Positions 45,773 to 58,439 of a stretch of DNA of 64,000 nt are shown here, one piece after another (within the stretch, counting starts at the first letter, position 1; every line of letters starts with the position of its first letter). Origin of the DNA: the human T2T-CHM13v2.0 reference genome, Homo sapiens. The stretch is from the NCBI RefSeq assembly GCF_009914755.1, contig NC_060936.1. One strand, written 5' to 3'. The notes below the pieces were generated by a model. The model did no database searches, was not told the origin of the DNA, and was given only the letters and a program-made list of their open reading frames with translations. The position numbers were made by a program, and so were the translations under genes.

Positions 45773-47072
45773 GTAAGATAAGGAGAACTGAAATTTCAAA
45801 ACCAAGGCTCTAGCATGACATCCCCCACTCTAGGACCAATTCCATTCTCCATATAAAAGGAGACATTGATGTGGCATGCCCCATGTGCCTGGTGTGTTCA
45901 TCTATTGACTAGGTTAATCCTCACAACAAATTTATGAGATCTGCTATGGCTTGTCCCTTTTGCAAATGAGGGAACTGGGGGAGGAAAAGGGTTCAAACAA
46001 CTCACCCCAGCCTCCCAGACAGCTGGTACTAGGAGGTTGGGCTCTGAGCCACAGCAGTATCCTGCTTTGCTATAAAGTAAGAGGCTCCCTACTGTTCTGT
46101 CACCTGCGACATTCTGAGCCTGTGTGTCTTGGCTGCTCCTTGGTCACTGTGCCTTGAGCAAGAATGTGGCTCTAAATGCTGGCCATCGGGAGATCACGCT
46201 TGGCTCGGTTTTCTGGTAATGGCTACAGACTGGCATGAGGCCAACTCAGCCCTTCCCCATTGTGGCTGGAGGATTCAGAGATCAGTGTCTTCTCTCTGCC
46301 CTACACAAATTGGGTTGCTCAGGCCCACCTCCTGGTCTTGTCATCAGGGGCTCAGCTGGCTGTTGGACCTGACGTACCCAGGCTCTTGTCCCCTAGAATG
46401 AGTGTCTGGTGACCTACGTGAACAGGGGTGCAAGGGCAGACAGAGCTGTGGACAGCTGTTTCTTTCACACCCAGTGACCGCTTTGCTTATATGCACTGAG
46501 AAACGTGAAGTTATTTGGCCTGGTTTTAGAGAGATGGAATGTAGCTGTTATTTATATGGCGTACCAAATAGGAATTTACACTTTGCATGTCATCTGTAAT
46601 TCTACCTTGCCCAAAGTGTTTCCTGTCTCTCTAAATAACATACCATTGGTAGGTTAGGAGTTTGATTTTGAAAATTCTTAGATTGAAGTCTCTTTATATA
46701 GATTAAACAGTAATCAAACAAAATTCTGTTTAGTGAAACCTTTTCAAGGTACAGCTCCTGATCTGATTATATGTGGCGATATGACACAAACAAAATTCAA
46801 ATTCCATCAAAGAATCTGGGCATTTTCCTAGAATTAAAATAGGATCTGACCTGAATTTTTATATTTATGCATCTTGAAACCCATGAATTTGTGGCTGGTA
46901 TCCTGAAAAGATTCCTAAAATTGTCCTGTATTTGAAATTAAAATTCATTAATTTGCTCTCAAACATAATTGGGTTTAATATTAAACATGAATAAATTGAT
47001 AGCTTTGTTCATAAATGCAAAATGCCTGTGTGTTAGCTATGAAACCCTTATTGTTGCTTTTATTCCTTGCAG

Positions 47073-47160
47073 TGGTGGTCAAAATATAACCATGATGGGC
47101 AGAAATTTTGATGTAATTGACAACTTAATCATTTCACATGAATTAAAAGGAAACATAAAT
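47073..47160 (+). CDS. PLXNC1: PLXNC1 exon 12, 88 nt: (S)GGQNITMMGRNFDVIDNLIISHELKGNIN
   Basis: ccttgcag| acceptor, AAT|gtaagt donor; IPT motif GG..IT..G.NF. Confidence 0.96.
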
Positions 47161-47757
47161 GTAAGTCTCCAGCTGCTTTGTAATAATAGTTGTTTTCAAG
47201 GATGGTTCTATTTTCATCACACTATGCTATGTTGGGGGTATTTTTTGTTTCTGTGACTTTGGTGTTATAAACTTTTACCTATGCTATCATATATTCTATC
47301 CATGCTAGAATGGAAATAATAAGACCTTATCCTTGTAGCTGAGTATTTCTAGTTGCAGCAATGAGGAAAGAGAAATGAACTTGGTACGATAAGACCTGAC
47401 ATTTTCTTTTTATGTGATTTGTGGCAAGTCACCCTAATGAGGCAATGCTTATGAATATGTGTGAAAATGCTCCGTGAATGGTTAAGGTGTGATATAAAGA
47501 ATTGCATTTCTGTGAAGAGTAGGTGGTATTGTTCCCATTGCACAGAGAGAGTTGGGTTCACAGAGGTTAGATGACTTGCCAAGGTCCCAGAAATCTTGTC
47601 ATGTGCTTCTCCTTCTCTTCAACCCAATTTGTTCCCTACCATCTGATGTCACCTTCTCTTACCTTTCATCTCCCCACAGGAGAAATGGTAGGAGGGGTCT
47701 GGTTTCCACCTTTGCCCGATTCTCCCACTGGTGCCTCCAGATGGGGACCCTCTAGAG

Positions 47758-47943
47758 CAGGGGTGTCAACCTTTTGGCTTCCTGTGGCCACATTGGAAGA
47801 AGAATTGTCTTGGGCCACACATAAGATACACCAACACTAACGATAGCTAATGAGCTAAAAAATGGTTTGTGCATAATTTCCGTGATATCCACCACCACAG
47901 ATAAGCAAAAAAGTCCTCACATTCAAAAGGCTGGACACGGCTG
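47758..47943. mobile_element. hAT MITE (MER30-like)
   Basis: TIRs caggggtgtc ... ggacacggctg; TSD ctctagag/ctctagat. Confidence 0.75.
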
Positions 47944-48533
47944 CTCTAGATGGAAGCTTCTGATGCCAAGAGGGGAGATGAGGGATTTCACATACAAGTC
48001 AGGCCTCCAAGTGTACTTGCACACACTTCTAAATATCCTTCCCCATTCTTTCTTCCCCTTTTTCCCTCTCCTTGATGAGATATGTGAGGTGGCTGCCTCT
48101 CTGGGGCCCTGCCTGACCACTTCCTGCCAAGGCTGACACACTCCCTCCTCAGGAGCAGTGTGGGTTCAGACCCAAATTCCGGGGGCCGCCTGATAGGCCG
48201 TCCTTACAGCCTTGTGGTGCACACATTCACCTGCTGACACAGTTCAGAGCCACTTCCAAGCCTCACACTGTATCTGACTCCAGGCCTCATCTCCATGGTG
48301 TGAACACCTCCAGTTGAATGGCTCGTATAGTTTGACCCTCTGAGCAGAGGCATTACCTGAGTTTGTCACGGACTTGCTCTCCCTCCTACTTGCTGTTCCC
48401 AAATCAAGTTGAATTTTTTGAGCACCTACTGCAGGCAAAACATTTTGCTGGGTGCAGGGACAAAAGATAAGTGAGATAGTCATATTGCCTTCATGGAGGC
48501 AGGCAGCAAATCTACATTGGGATTGAAAGTTGA

Positions 48534-48667
48534 GGCTGGGTGTGGTGGCTCACGATTATAATCCCAGCACTTTGGGAGGCCAAGGCGGGAAGACTGCTTG
48601 AGGCCAGGAGTTCGAGACCAGCCTAGGCAACATAGTGAGACCCCCATCTCTATAAAATAAAAATTAA
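48534..48667 (+). mobile_element. FLAM / Alu monomer
   Basis: Single monomer with tail; TSD aaagttga. Confidence 0.82.
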
Positions 48668-49096
48668 AAAAGTTGACAGCACAGAGTATCATCAGGTTCT
48701 AGGTCCTCTGGTTCCCTAACTGTTCAGAAACCCTGTGAGTCCAAGAAGACACCATTTCTTTTCACATTAAAGAGAAATTAAACATGCATGGGATTAAGTA
48801 CGCCTGCAGTATGGAGTGGGGTGGGTGGAAGCAGGGAGGTGAGTTCAGGTACAGAGGACAGAGTCCTCGCAGGCCCGTGCTGGGAACATCACTCAATCCT
48901 GCTTAGTGGGAACCTAGAGGGTGGGTCTGGAATGACCAAGAGCGATAGCTGTAAAACTGAGCTGGGGCCACAAAAAGCAGCGTCAGACTGAAAACTTTGC
49001 CCTTAATTCTGTAGGCAGCAGGGAGCCACTGAAGATCTCTGAGCAGGAAGTGACATAGGTCTAGGTACACTGGACTCACACTGGACCGAGACAATT

Positions 49097-49321
49097 AGTG
49101 ACAATGAAAGCAGTCAGAAGGTTACCAATGGGAAAAGAGACTATGCAGAAAGCAGTAGACTAGGGAAAGGGGAGGATTCTGACCCAAAAGGCTTCGGTGT
49201 CCTGTCTTGAGTCCTGGGAAACCACGAGAAAAGAAGAGAGTGTCCAACCCCCAGCAGGGGCCAGCTCCTGAAGTGCTTGTTGCCGCTGAATCACTCTTTG
49301 TTGGGGAACCTCCTGCAGGGC
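49097..49321 (+). repeat. Left arm of a non-Alu inverted repeat
   Basis: Reverse complement of 50527-50762, roughly 85-90% identical by eye. Confidence 0.9.
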
Positions 49322-50197
49322 GGTTATTATTTTGGCAATGGTGCACAGCTGAGTTTGGAGAGGCAGGAACTGAAGAAAGGCTGGGAGCCCAGTGAGGATG
49401 CTCATGCCAGTGCAGGTGTGTCTGAGACGTCCACAGTCTCTCTGGGCTGACAGTAGCTCCCTTTGGGCTGTGGTTAGCAGAGCAGGTCTCAAGTGCTGGG
49501 GCATCGTGAAGCTAGAGATGACCAGCTTGTCTTTATAGCAGTATCGTTGAAGGGAGAGTGGGGGTGACATCATGGGAGTGAGAGCACAGAGGAGGAAGAA
49601 AAGAGCACCTAGGACTGGTGGCAAAGCTTCATTTTAAGGAATGACAGACAGTAGGATGGGCCGTGAAGGTGGCCGAGAAGGTGCTCAGAAACCAGTGAAA
49701 AAGAGTAAATCGCATGGCGCGAGTTTGTCACGAGTATGGAACTGTAGAGTCTTGAGGATAATAGGGTTGGGTGATCCTCTCACCTGCAATCCTTCTAGAA
49801 GGCATCTTCAGTAAAAAGCCAGCCTGCTAGGAGTTAAGGCTGCTGAGGCAGTAGAGACAGTGGTTTTCATCCTGAGGACAGAAATGTGAGCAGGAGATTC
49901 AGGGCTATAGTTTGGAAAGATGTGAAGGGAAAGGAAGGTTGTGCTTGTCCAAATCTCAGCTCTTTACATCATATTTTCCCACCAATTGCCTCTTCCTATT
50001 GTCTTTTTTATGCTCTAGTATCAGGGGGTGGCAGGGGTGGGGGAAAAATAGTTTTTCCCACCTGATAAATTTCTTTTTATGAGTTATAATTGCTTTTCTG
50101 TAGAATGTTTGCCATCCTCCCCTAACCCACCAGCCTCCTCTGCCTGTCCTTCTGTACACCTAAACAGGACAATATATTTATGTTATGTATTTACTAA

Positions 50198-50346
50198 CTT
50201 TTTAAATTTTATTTTTTATATATATAGAGAGAGACAGGGTCTCACTATGTTACCCAGGCTGATCTCCAACTCCCGGGCTCACGTAACCCTCCTCCCTCCG
50301 TTTCCCACAGCGCTGGGATTACAGGCGTGAGCCACTACGCCCAGCC
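50198..50346 (-). mobile_element. FLAM / Alu monomer in the inverted-repeat spacer
   Basis: Antisense Alu monomer text. Confidence 0.8.
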
Positions 50347-50526
50347 TATTTATGTGTTGTTGTTTTTTTTTAATCCTGTAAATCAGGCCACCTTTTTTGC
50401 ATTGTTTTCAGTTTTCATGCTCTTCATTTCATGGGAGATGCATTGTTCCTTTTACTTTTGTTTTCTCCTGTTTTCTGTTATGCCTGAAAACCCTTGTCCT
50501 CCTTGTGTCTAGTGACTTCTGCTAAG

Positions 50527-50762
50527 GCCCTGCAGGAGGTTCCCCCAACAAAGGGTGATTCAGCTGCAACAAGCGCTTCAGGAGCTGGCCCTTGCTGAGA
50601 GTTGGACACTTTTCTTTTCTCGTGGTTTCCCAGGGCTCAGACAGGCTGACCCCAAGGACACCTAAGCCCCTTGGGTCAGAATCTTCCCCTTTCCCTAGCC
50701 TACTGCTTTCAGCCTAGTCTCTTTTCCCATGGCATAACCTTCCAGCTGCTTTCATTGTCACT
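50527..50762 (-). repeat. Right arm of the non-Alu inverted repeat
   Basis: Reverse complement of 49097-49321, with a 12-nt segment absent from the left arm. Confidence 0.9.
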
Positions 50763-51037
50763 CATGATATTAATCATAATATTAACTAGCATGTTTTGAG
50801 TGCTTACTGTGTGCCGGGCCCTGATCTAAGCATGTATAATCTCAGTTAACGTAGCCCTCATTTAATGTAATGTAGGGTGAAGTCAATCCTGTGAGGGAGG
50901 TAGTTTTGCTGTCTCCATATTACACATGAGAAAACAGAAGCACCAAGAAGTTAAGTTGCTCAGGTCACTTAGCTCTTAGAGATCACAGCTGGGATTCGTT
51001 AACAAAGTTACTAAAACATTCTTTTCTTTTTGTCCAG

Positions 51038-51241
51038 GTCTCTGAATATTGTGTGGCGACTTACTGCGGGTTTTTAGCCCCCAGTTTAAAGAGTTCAAAA
51101 GTGCGCACGAATGTCACTGTGAAGCTGAGAGTACAAGACACCTACTTGGATTGTGGAACCCTGCAGTATCGGGAGGACCCCAGATTCACGGGGTATCGGG
51201 TGGAATCCGAGGTGGACACAGAACTGGAAGTGAAAATTCAA
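51038..51241 (+). CDS. PLXNC1: PLXNC1 exon 13, 204 nt: VSEYCVATYCGFLAPSLKSSKVRTNVTVKLRVQDTYLDCGTLQYREDPRFTGYRVESEVDTELEVKIQ
   Basis: tttgtccag| acceptor, CAA|gtatgt donor. Confidence 0.96.
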
Positions 51242-51361
51242 GTATGTTTCTTTTCTTTCTGGGTGGGATGTCACCCCGACCCCTTGACTGGAAAGGTGTG
51301 TTTATGCTCGTGAGTTTCTACATGTGCTCTGATTTCTCCATCTTCATTTTGTTCTTTACAG

Positions 51362-51547
51362 AAAGAAAATGACAACTTCAACATTTCCAAAAAAGACATT
51401 GAAATTACTCTCTTCCATGGGGAAAATGGGCAATTAAATTGCAGTTTTGAAAATATTACTAGAAATCAAGATCTTACCACCATCCTTTGCAAAATTAAAG
51501 GCATCAAGACTGCAAGCACCATTGCCAACTCTTCTAAGAAAGTTCGG
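51362..51547 (+). CDS. PLXNC1: PLXNC1 exon 14, 186 nt: KENDNFNISKKDIEITLFHGENGQLNCSFENITRNQDLTTILCKIKGIKTASTIANSSKKVR
   Basis: ctttacag| acceptor after a 120-nt intron, CGG|gtaagt donor. Confidence 0.96.
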
Positions 51548-52374
51548 GTAAGTGACCTGGCAGTCCCACCTGCTGTCTTTACCTGATTTTTGTGATAATT
51601 CCTTGGCTAAACCAGAGGCCAGAATGGAATCTTTCATGGATCTTCAGATCCTCACTTTAAATAGAAGATAAACAAAGCTGGTACTGCGAGCCCAAGCAAA
51701 ATAGCTCCAAAATAGCTGGCTGAATCCATCCCTGTGCCTGTTCGAACGTCAAAGCGTTGGACACACCATTGTCTATAATCCTAATGAGTCTTGATAGCTT
51801 TTGTTCTAGCCACACATTTATACAGTAGGATCGGCAAGCAAAATCTCTAGACCCATTGACAAATGAGCTGTCACTCTTTTCTCAAATGCGGAGGTGACAT
51901 GTCTTAGCAGAAACCCAAAACAAACAAGGGCCTCTTCAGCACACTCTGGGTAGCATTAGAATCAGATGGAGACCAGATAATCTCTGGGTCATGGGCTGCT
52001 TCCTTCACCATGAAGTCATACTTTCTGCGATTAATCTTTTCCCAGATATGTTTGGGGGACGGATCACTGCTATATTTATATCCCATAATAAAGATGTGAG
52101 ACCACTGAGAAGGGAAACACATTAGAAGTCACCCTTTATAGTATTCATGCCGTATGAGGCTCTGTACAGCCTATATAAATTCTTCTTGATCTATCATCAT
52201 AAATAATTGGATAAAAGACAATGCAAAAGAACTTCAGACTGGAAGGCAACAACAAAAATGTGTTCATGTCCCACTGGCACCAGTTAATAGCTCTGTGGCC
52301 TTAGGTAAATCACTTGAGTTTCCTGAGCCTCTCTTAGTCCATCTGTATGATAAATGGGGTTAATAATAAGTTTT

Positions 52375-52668
<294 letters not shown>

Positions 52669-52700
52669 AATAGTAAGTTTTAAGTCAGGAATAACAACTA

Positions 52701-52817
52701 GGCTGGGAGAGACAACTCAAGCCTATAATGCCAGCACTTTGGGAAGCCAAAGCAGGAGGATCACTTGAGCCTCTAGAAGTCTGGGCAACACAGTAAGACC
52801 CTGTCTCAAAAAAAAAT
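52701..52817 (+). mobile_element. FLAM-like Alu monomer
   Basis: Monomer; TSD aggaa(t/c)aacaact. Confidence 0.78.
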
Positions 52818-52889
52818 AAGGAACAACAACTCAACTCACCAGTGTTCCCACCTTTCCTGTTAGTTGAGAAGAGCAAATGCTAACATTCT

Positions 52890-53460
52890 TCATCATTCAT
52901 GACATAGCTCCTGAGAGCCTACGCTGTGATGGGGACAGACAGAGAATAAAACAGACAAAAACATCTGCCTTTATGGAGGTTCCCTAAAGAGACACAGCGT
53001 GAAGAATATAAATAAAAATTGTGTTACTTGGTGGCAGTTGCTATGGAGAAAAAAAGCACCAGTGTGGGGGGGTGGGGGGGTGGGGGGGTGGGAACAGGAG
53101 CAGGTAGGGGGGCCATGCTGCAGGTTTTGCAACGGTGGGCAGAAGAGGCCTGCTTGTGAAAGTGACATCTGTATAAGGAGGAGTGGGAACAAGCCATGGG
53201 CTATCTGGGGTAGAACGTTCTAGGCAGAGGGAGCAGAGGGAGCAGAGGTCCTGAGGCAGGAGGCTGCCTGGCATGTTTGAAGAGCAGCAAGGAGGCCAGT
53301 GTGACTGGAGTGGAGGGAGCAGAGCAGAGGCTTCTGAGGTTAGAGAGTTCATGGAGACAACAGGAGATGATTAGAACCTTGTGGACCATGGCAAGGGCTT
53401 GGCTTGTGGGCTGCAGAAGGCATGGGAGAGTTTTGAGGAGGGCGCCATGAGCTGACTTAT
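52890..53460 (-). mobile_element. L2 fragment
   Basis: Typical L2 text (gcaaggaggccagtgtgactggagtgg). Boundaries approximate. Confidence 0.65.
53066..53092 (+). repeat. (G7T)3G3 G-quadruplex-forming run
   Basis: Four G-tracts separated by single T loops. Confidence 0.85.
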
Positions 53461-53797
53461 TCAGATGACGTCATGAATTTAGTCAGGACAGCCTACCAAG
53501 AGGCACTCCCAACATCCCATTTCAGAGATGAGGAAAAAGAGGACTGGATGTGCATACCTAATTCAGGGTTCCATAGCTGAGAAACAGAGCAGGTGGCAGA
53601 GCTGGTATGGAGAGCTTCAGCTATCCGGGTCCAAATCCATCCTCCAGCTACTGTGCTCAGATGCCTCCACGGGGGCAGCATGAGTCCAAGGATGGAAACA
53701 CGCCTTAATACTTGTATGTACATCAGTGAAATAATTAAGCTTCATGTAGAGTTTTTCCCTTGACAAGTTTCACAAAATATAACCCAAAAAAATGCTA

Positions 53798-54179
<382 letters not shown>

Positions 54180-54568
54180 TAAGCCTGCCTGTAAAAATGA
54201 TAAAAATTGAGTTTCTTCCTTAGAATAAAGGGCAGGCAGGGGCTTCTTGCCTACAGGTTACTACTGCCTCTTTATTGCCCTCACTCCTGCAACTTAAAAC
54301 CCCCAGAGCAAAGAGGGCCAAAATTAAGACTCTGAGGGTCTAGTCCAGCATGTGTCAACTGACATTTCAGGAAACTGAGGCACAGTGAATATTCTGGATT
54401 TGCCCAAGGACACATAGCTAATCTGCCACAGAAATGAGAGTTGAACTCAGATATCCTACCCAGCTCACTGCTTCTTTTTGTATTGTGAAGCCATTTTAGG
54501 GGGGAAATTATGTAAATAAATACAGTCCCCAACTCAATTGGGTCTAATGACATTCTTTGTCCCATCAG

Positions 54569-54671
54569 GTCAAGCTGGGAAACCTGGAGCTCTACGTCGA
54601 GCAGGAGTCAGTTCCTTCCACATGGTATTTTCTGATTGTGCTCCCTGTCTTGCTAGTGATTGTCATTTTTG
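54569..54671 (+). CDS. PLXNC1: PLXNC1 exon 15, 103 nt, transmembrane exon: VKLGNLELYVEQESVPSTWYFLIVLPVLLVIVIF(A)
   Basis: cccatcag| acceptor, G|gtaagt donor; hydrophobic TM stretch. Confidence 0.96.
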
Positions 54672-54851
54672 GTAAGTGCCCTGTTTAATTTTGTCAGAGA
54701 AATTATTCCCTGGGGCCTCTCGCCGGGCAGGCAGACTTTCAGCTTTCAGGGGCTGTTTGCTTCAATTAAGTATAAATGGGTGAAAGCCCAAATCAAAACT
54801 TTGAGAAACGAATAATAGGTACACGCTGAGGGCTTTCTAAACATTTCTTTT

Positions 54852-55158
54852 GGCCAGGCGTGGTGGCTGATGCCTATAATCCCAGCACTTTGGGACACTG
54901 AGGCGGGCGGATCGCCTTGAGGTCAGGAGTTCAAGACCAGCCTGGCCAACATGGCAAAACCCCGTCTCTACTAAAAATACAAAAATTAGCCGGGCGTGAT
55001 GGCAGGTGCCTGTAATCCCAGCTACTCAGGAGACTGAGGTAGGAAGAATTGCTTGAACCCGGGAGGCGGAGGTTGCAGTGAGCCGAGATCACACCACTGC
55101 ACTCCAGCCTGGGTGACAGAGCAAGACTCCATCTCAAAAACAAACAAACAAAAAACAA
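54852..55158 (+). mobile_element. AluS
   Basis: Full Alu with (CAAA)n tail. Confidence 0.9.
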
Positions 55159-55426
55159 AATTTTTTTTTAAAGGATGCTTCATTAATAGAAGGCTGGATT
55201 ACACAGATGGTATCTTGGGATTTGAGGGATATAATCTACTTTGCTTCTCCATTCCTTCAAATTGTGGTGACAAATGTTCATTTATGTAATTCCCCAAGAA
55301 CTTCTCTGGGATTTTGGGCTCCCAGGACTTGGTTATTTCATCTTGACCACCCCCCACCACCCATCACCCCAGCCTCATTTCAGTCTTGATTTTCTGGGCA
55401 GAACCACACTTTAGAAGTGTGGTCAT

Positions 55427-55579
55427 GCCTGGGCACAGTGGCACACACCTGTAGTTCCAACACTTTGGGAGGCCAAGGAGGGAGGACGGCATAAGTCCAG
55501 GAGTTTGAGGTTACAGTGAGTTATGATCGTGCCACTGCATGCCAGCCTGGACAACAGAATGAGGCCCTGTGTCTAAAAA
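55427..55579 (+). mobile_element. FAM/FRAM-like Alu monomer
   Basis: Single monomer with right-arm-type internal segment. Confidence 0.75.
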
Positions 55580-56073
55580 GTAAATGATTTTTTTTAATAG
55601 AAGTGTGATCTATGTCATCTCTTAAAGTGGTCCCGGGCCCATCCACACACAGTGAGCCCATGGTGGTTGCTCATTGGCCAAATCTGGTCCACCAATATAT
55701 TTTGTTTTGCCGTGTAGCATTGTCTAAAACTATTAAGTAGCTTATAACATTTAAAAATTAGTGATTCACATTTGGAAACGTCTCTTGAAAATGTGAAAGA
55801 TTTGGATCATTGGATCCCAAATTTCCATAGCATCAGTTTATTAGAGCTGAGTAGCAGCTACGCCCTAGAGAGAGGGAATGTGCTCCCTAGGTTTTGACCA
55901 CAGTCGCCACCACTCCATATTGTCTCCACCTAGGCCATTTAACTCATCTATGTACCTGATATCTGTAGCCATTTCGTTTGTGACTCTGGTTCTGAGCTGC
56001 TTGTCATTTGAAGTCTATTTTCTCTCATCCTTCTTTGAAAAAGGAACTCTTATCCACCAACAAATAGCACTTT

Positions 56074-56400
<327 letters not shown>

Positions 56401-56763
56401 TTAACATAGGTATTGACTTTCTGAAATTTGACAGCTAGTACAGGCAGTTGCCAGTGTCTCCTTCTATACACTCATTTATTCACTCATTCATCCCTGCATC
56501 TATTTACCTTATGTTCATTGAGCACCTGTTATGTTGCTGATAACTGTGCAAGTCTCTGGAGCTAGAAAAAAATGAGCCTTTGCGTGCATGAGCCAGTGTT
56601 GCTCAAACTGAGGCCTGAGGAACAGTGGTCCCAAGTGACTGTCCTGGAAAAAGGGGTTCCATGGTCAAGTAAGTTTGGGAATCACTACATCATACTCCAC
56701 CCTTTCTTAGACATGCACAATGCATGTTATTAAGACTGTTGACTTTATGAAGTAGTCCAGTGA

Positions 56764-57120
<357 letters not shown>

Positions 57121-57929
57121 TGTAATTTCTATAAGGAGGAGAAGCTTCCTAGAATAACAGTGGTTGATTGTTGAATACCTATACTTTTTTAAACAATACA
57201 TTCTTAATGCTTTTTGTGAGTTACTTCTTATAATCCTCCCAGCATCACAGTGAGATAGGCACTCTTACAGAGAAGGCAGCCAGGCACAGAGATGCTGAGG
57301 AACTTAACCCAGGTCACATAGCTAGTAAATGGCAGAGCAAGGACATGAACCCAAGCACCAAACTGGGTTGGTTTATGGCCTCTGCAGCACAGTTAGAAGC
57401 AATATGGAGGTATGGGAGTTCCTTGTGGCTCGCTCATCATGTCACCCCATTAGCTCTATGCAGGTTTGGCCCATGTAGCCAACTGTGGATCTGCGGTTCC
57501 TTTCTACGTTTGCAGCACAACTTTATTTCTCCAGGGATGCTTACAAACATTCAAAAACAATGGAACAATGCAAGTGGCTGCAGCTGTGGGGAAGAAACTT
57601 GGCTTGTTTCATTACGTTTCAGCCAACTGGGATCTTTGGTTACAAGTGAAGGTTATTTGATTTAGCTTTCACTTGTAAAATGAGTAAGGTTTTGGTTTTT
57701 TTCTGCTGCATTTTGGCATCTTCCTCTTCAGAGTGACCCCTCACTGGGAAATTTTCTTATAAGATCCAGCTTTTTAATGCTATTTTCTAGTTTCATTCTA
57801 GCTCCTGCTCTCTGTCCCTATCTGTTTTGTTTTTGTTTTTGTTTTTAAGAACTGTAAAGATTGCTATTTGTTTTCATTTTTGGTTTTTGAGTTACCATGT
57901 CCCTCTGATGCAGCATCTCTGTCTCTTAG

Positions 57930-58031
57930 CGGCCGTGGGGGTGACCAGGCACAAATCGAAGGAGCTGAGTCGCAAACAGAGTCAACAACTAGAATTGCTG
58001 GAAAGCGAGCTCCGGAAAGAGATACGTGACG
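57930..58031 (+). CDS. PLXNC1: PLXNC1 exon 16, 102 nt, juxtamembrane helix: (A)AVGVTRHKSKELSRKQSQQLELLESELRKEIRD(G)
   Basis: ctcttag| acceptor, G|gtaggc donor; plexin juxtamembrane heptad pattern. Confidence 0.96.
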
Positions 58032-58335
58032 GTAGGCTCCAAAATTGTGTTTGTAGAAAAACAAGCCTTTTATATTTATACTTTTATTTTTTTACCCTTA
58101 CATAGAGATGGCCACAGTAATGAGAACTGTTTGTATAATAGAAGGCAACGGAAGGGCAGGGCCTGGGCCTGGCTTTGTGTTTTATTTCAGCTCTTCTCTG
58201 CAGCCAACCAAGTCATTATCTATTGTTTCTTCTTTAATGAAAACCAAGGTCATACTCTGTGTTAGACAAAACAGCAGAAGATCCTATCCATTGTTTGTTG
58301 AGTTAAAATATTGCTCTTGGGATTCTGTTTTGCAG

Positions 58336-58439
58336 GCTTTGCTGAGCTGCAGATGGATAAATTGGATGTGGTTGATAGTTTTGGAACTGTTCCCTTCCTT
58401 GACTACAAACATTTTGCTCTGAGAACTTTCTTCCCTGAG
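58336..58439 (+). CDS. PLXNC1: PLXNC1 exon 17, 104 nt: (G)FAELQMDKLDVVDSFGTVPFLDYKHFALRTFFPE
   Basis: ttttgcag| acceptor, GAG|gtaaaa donor; conserved plexin FAELQ...PFLDY...FFP motif. Confidence 0.97.

Noticed and set aside
49122-49624. 154-aa and 74-aa minus-strand ORFs over the inverted-repeat arm
   Set aside because: No recognisable domain, overlap L2 remnant; indels between the arms argue against coding constraint
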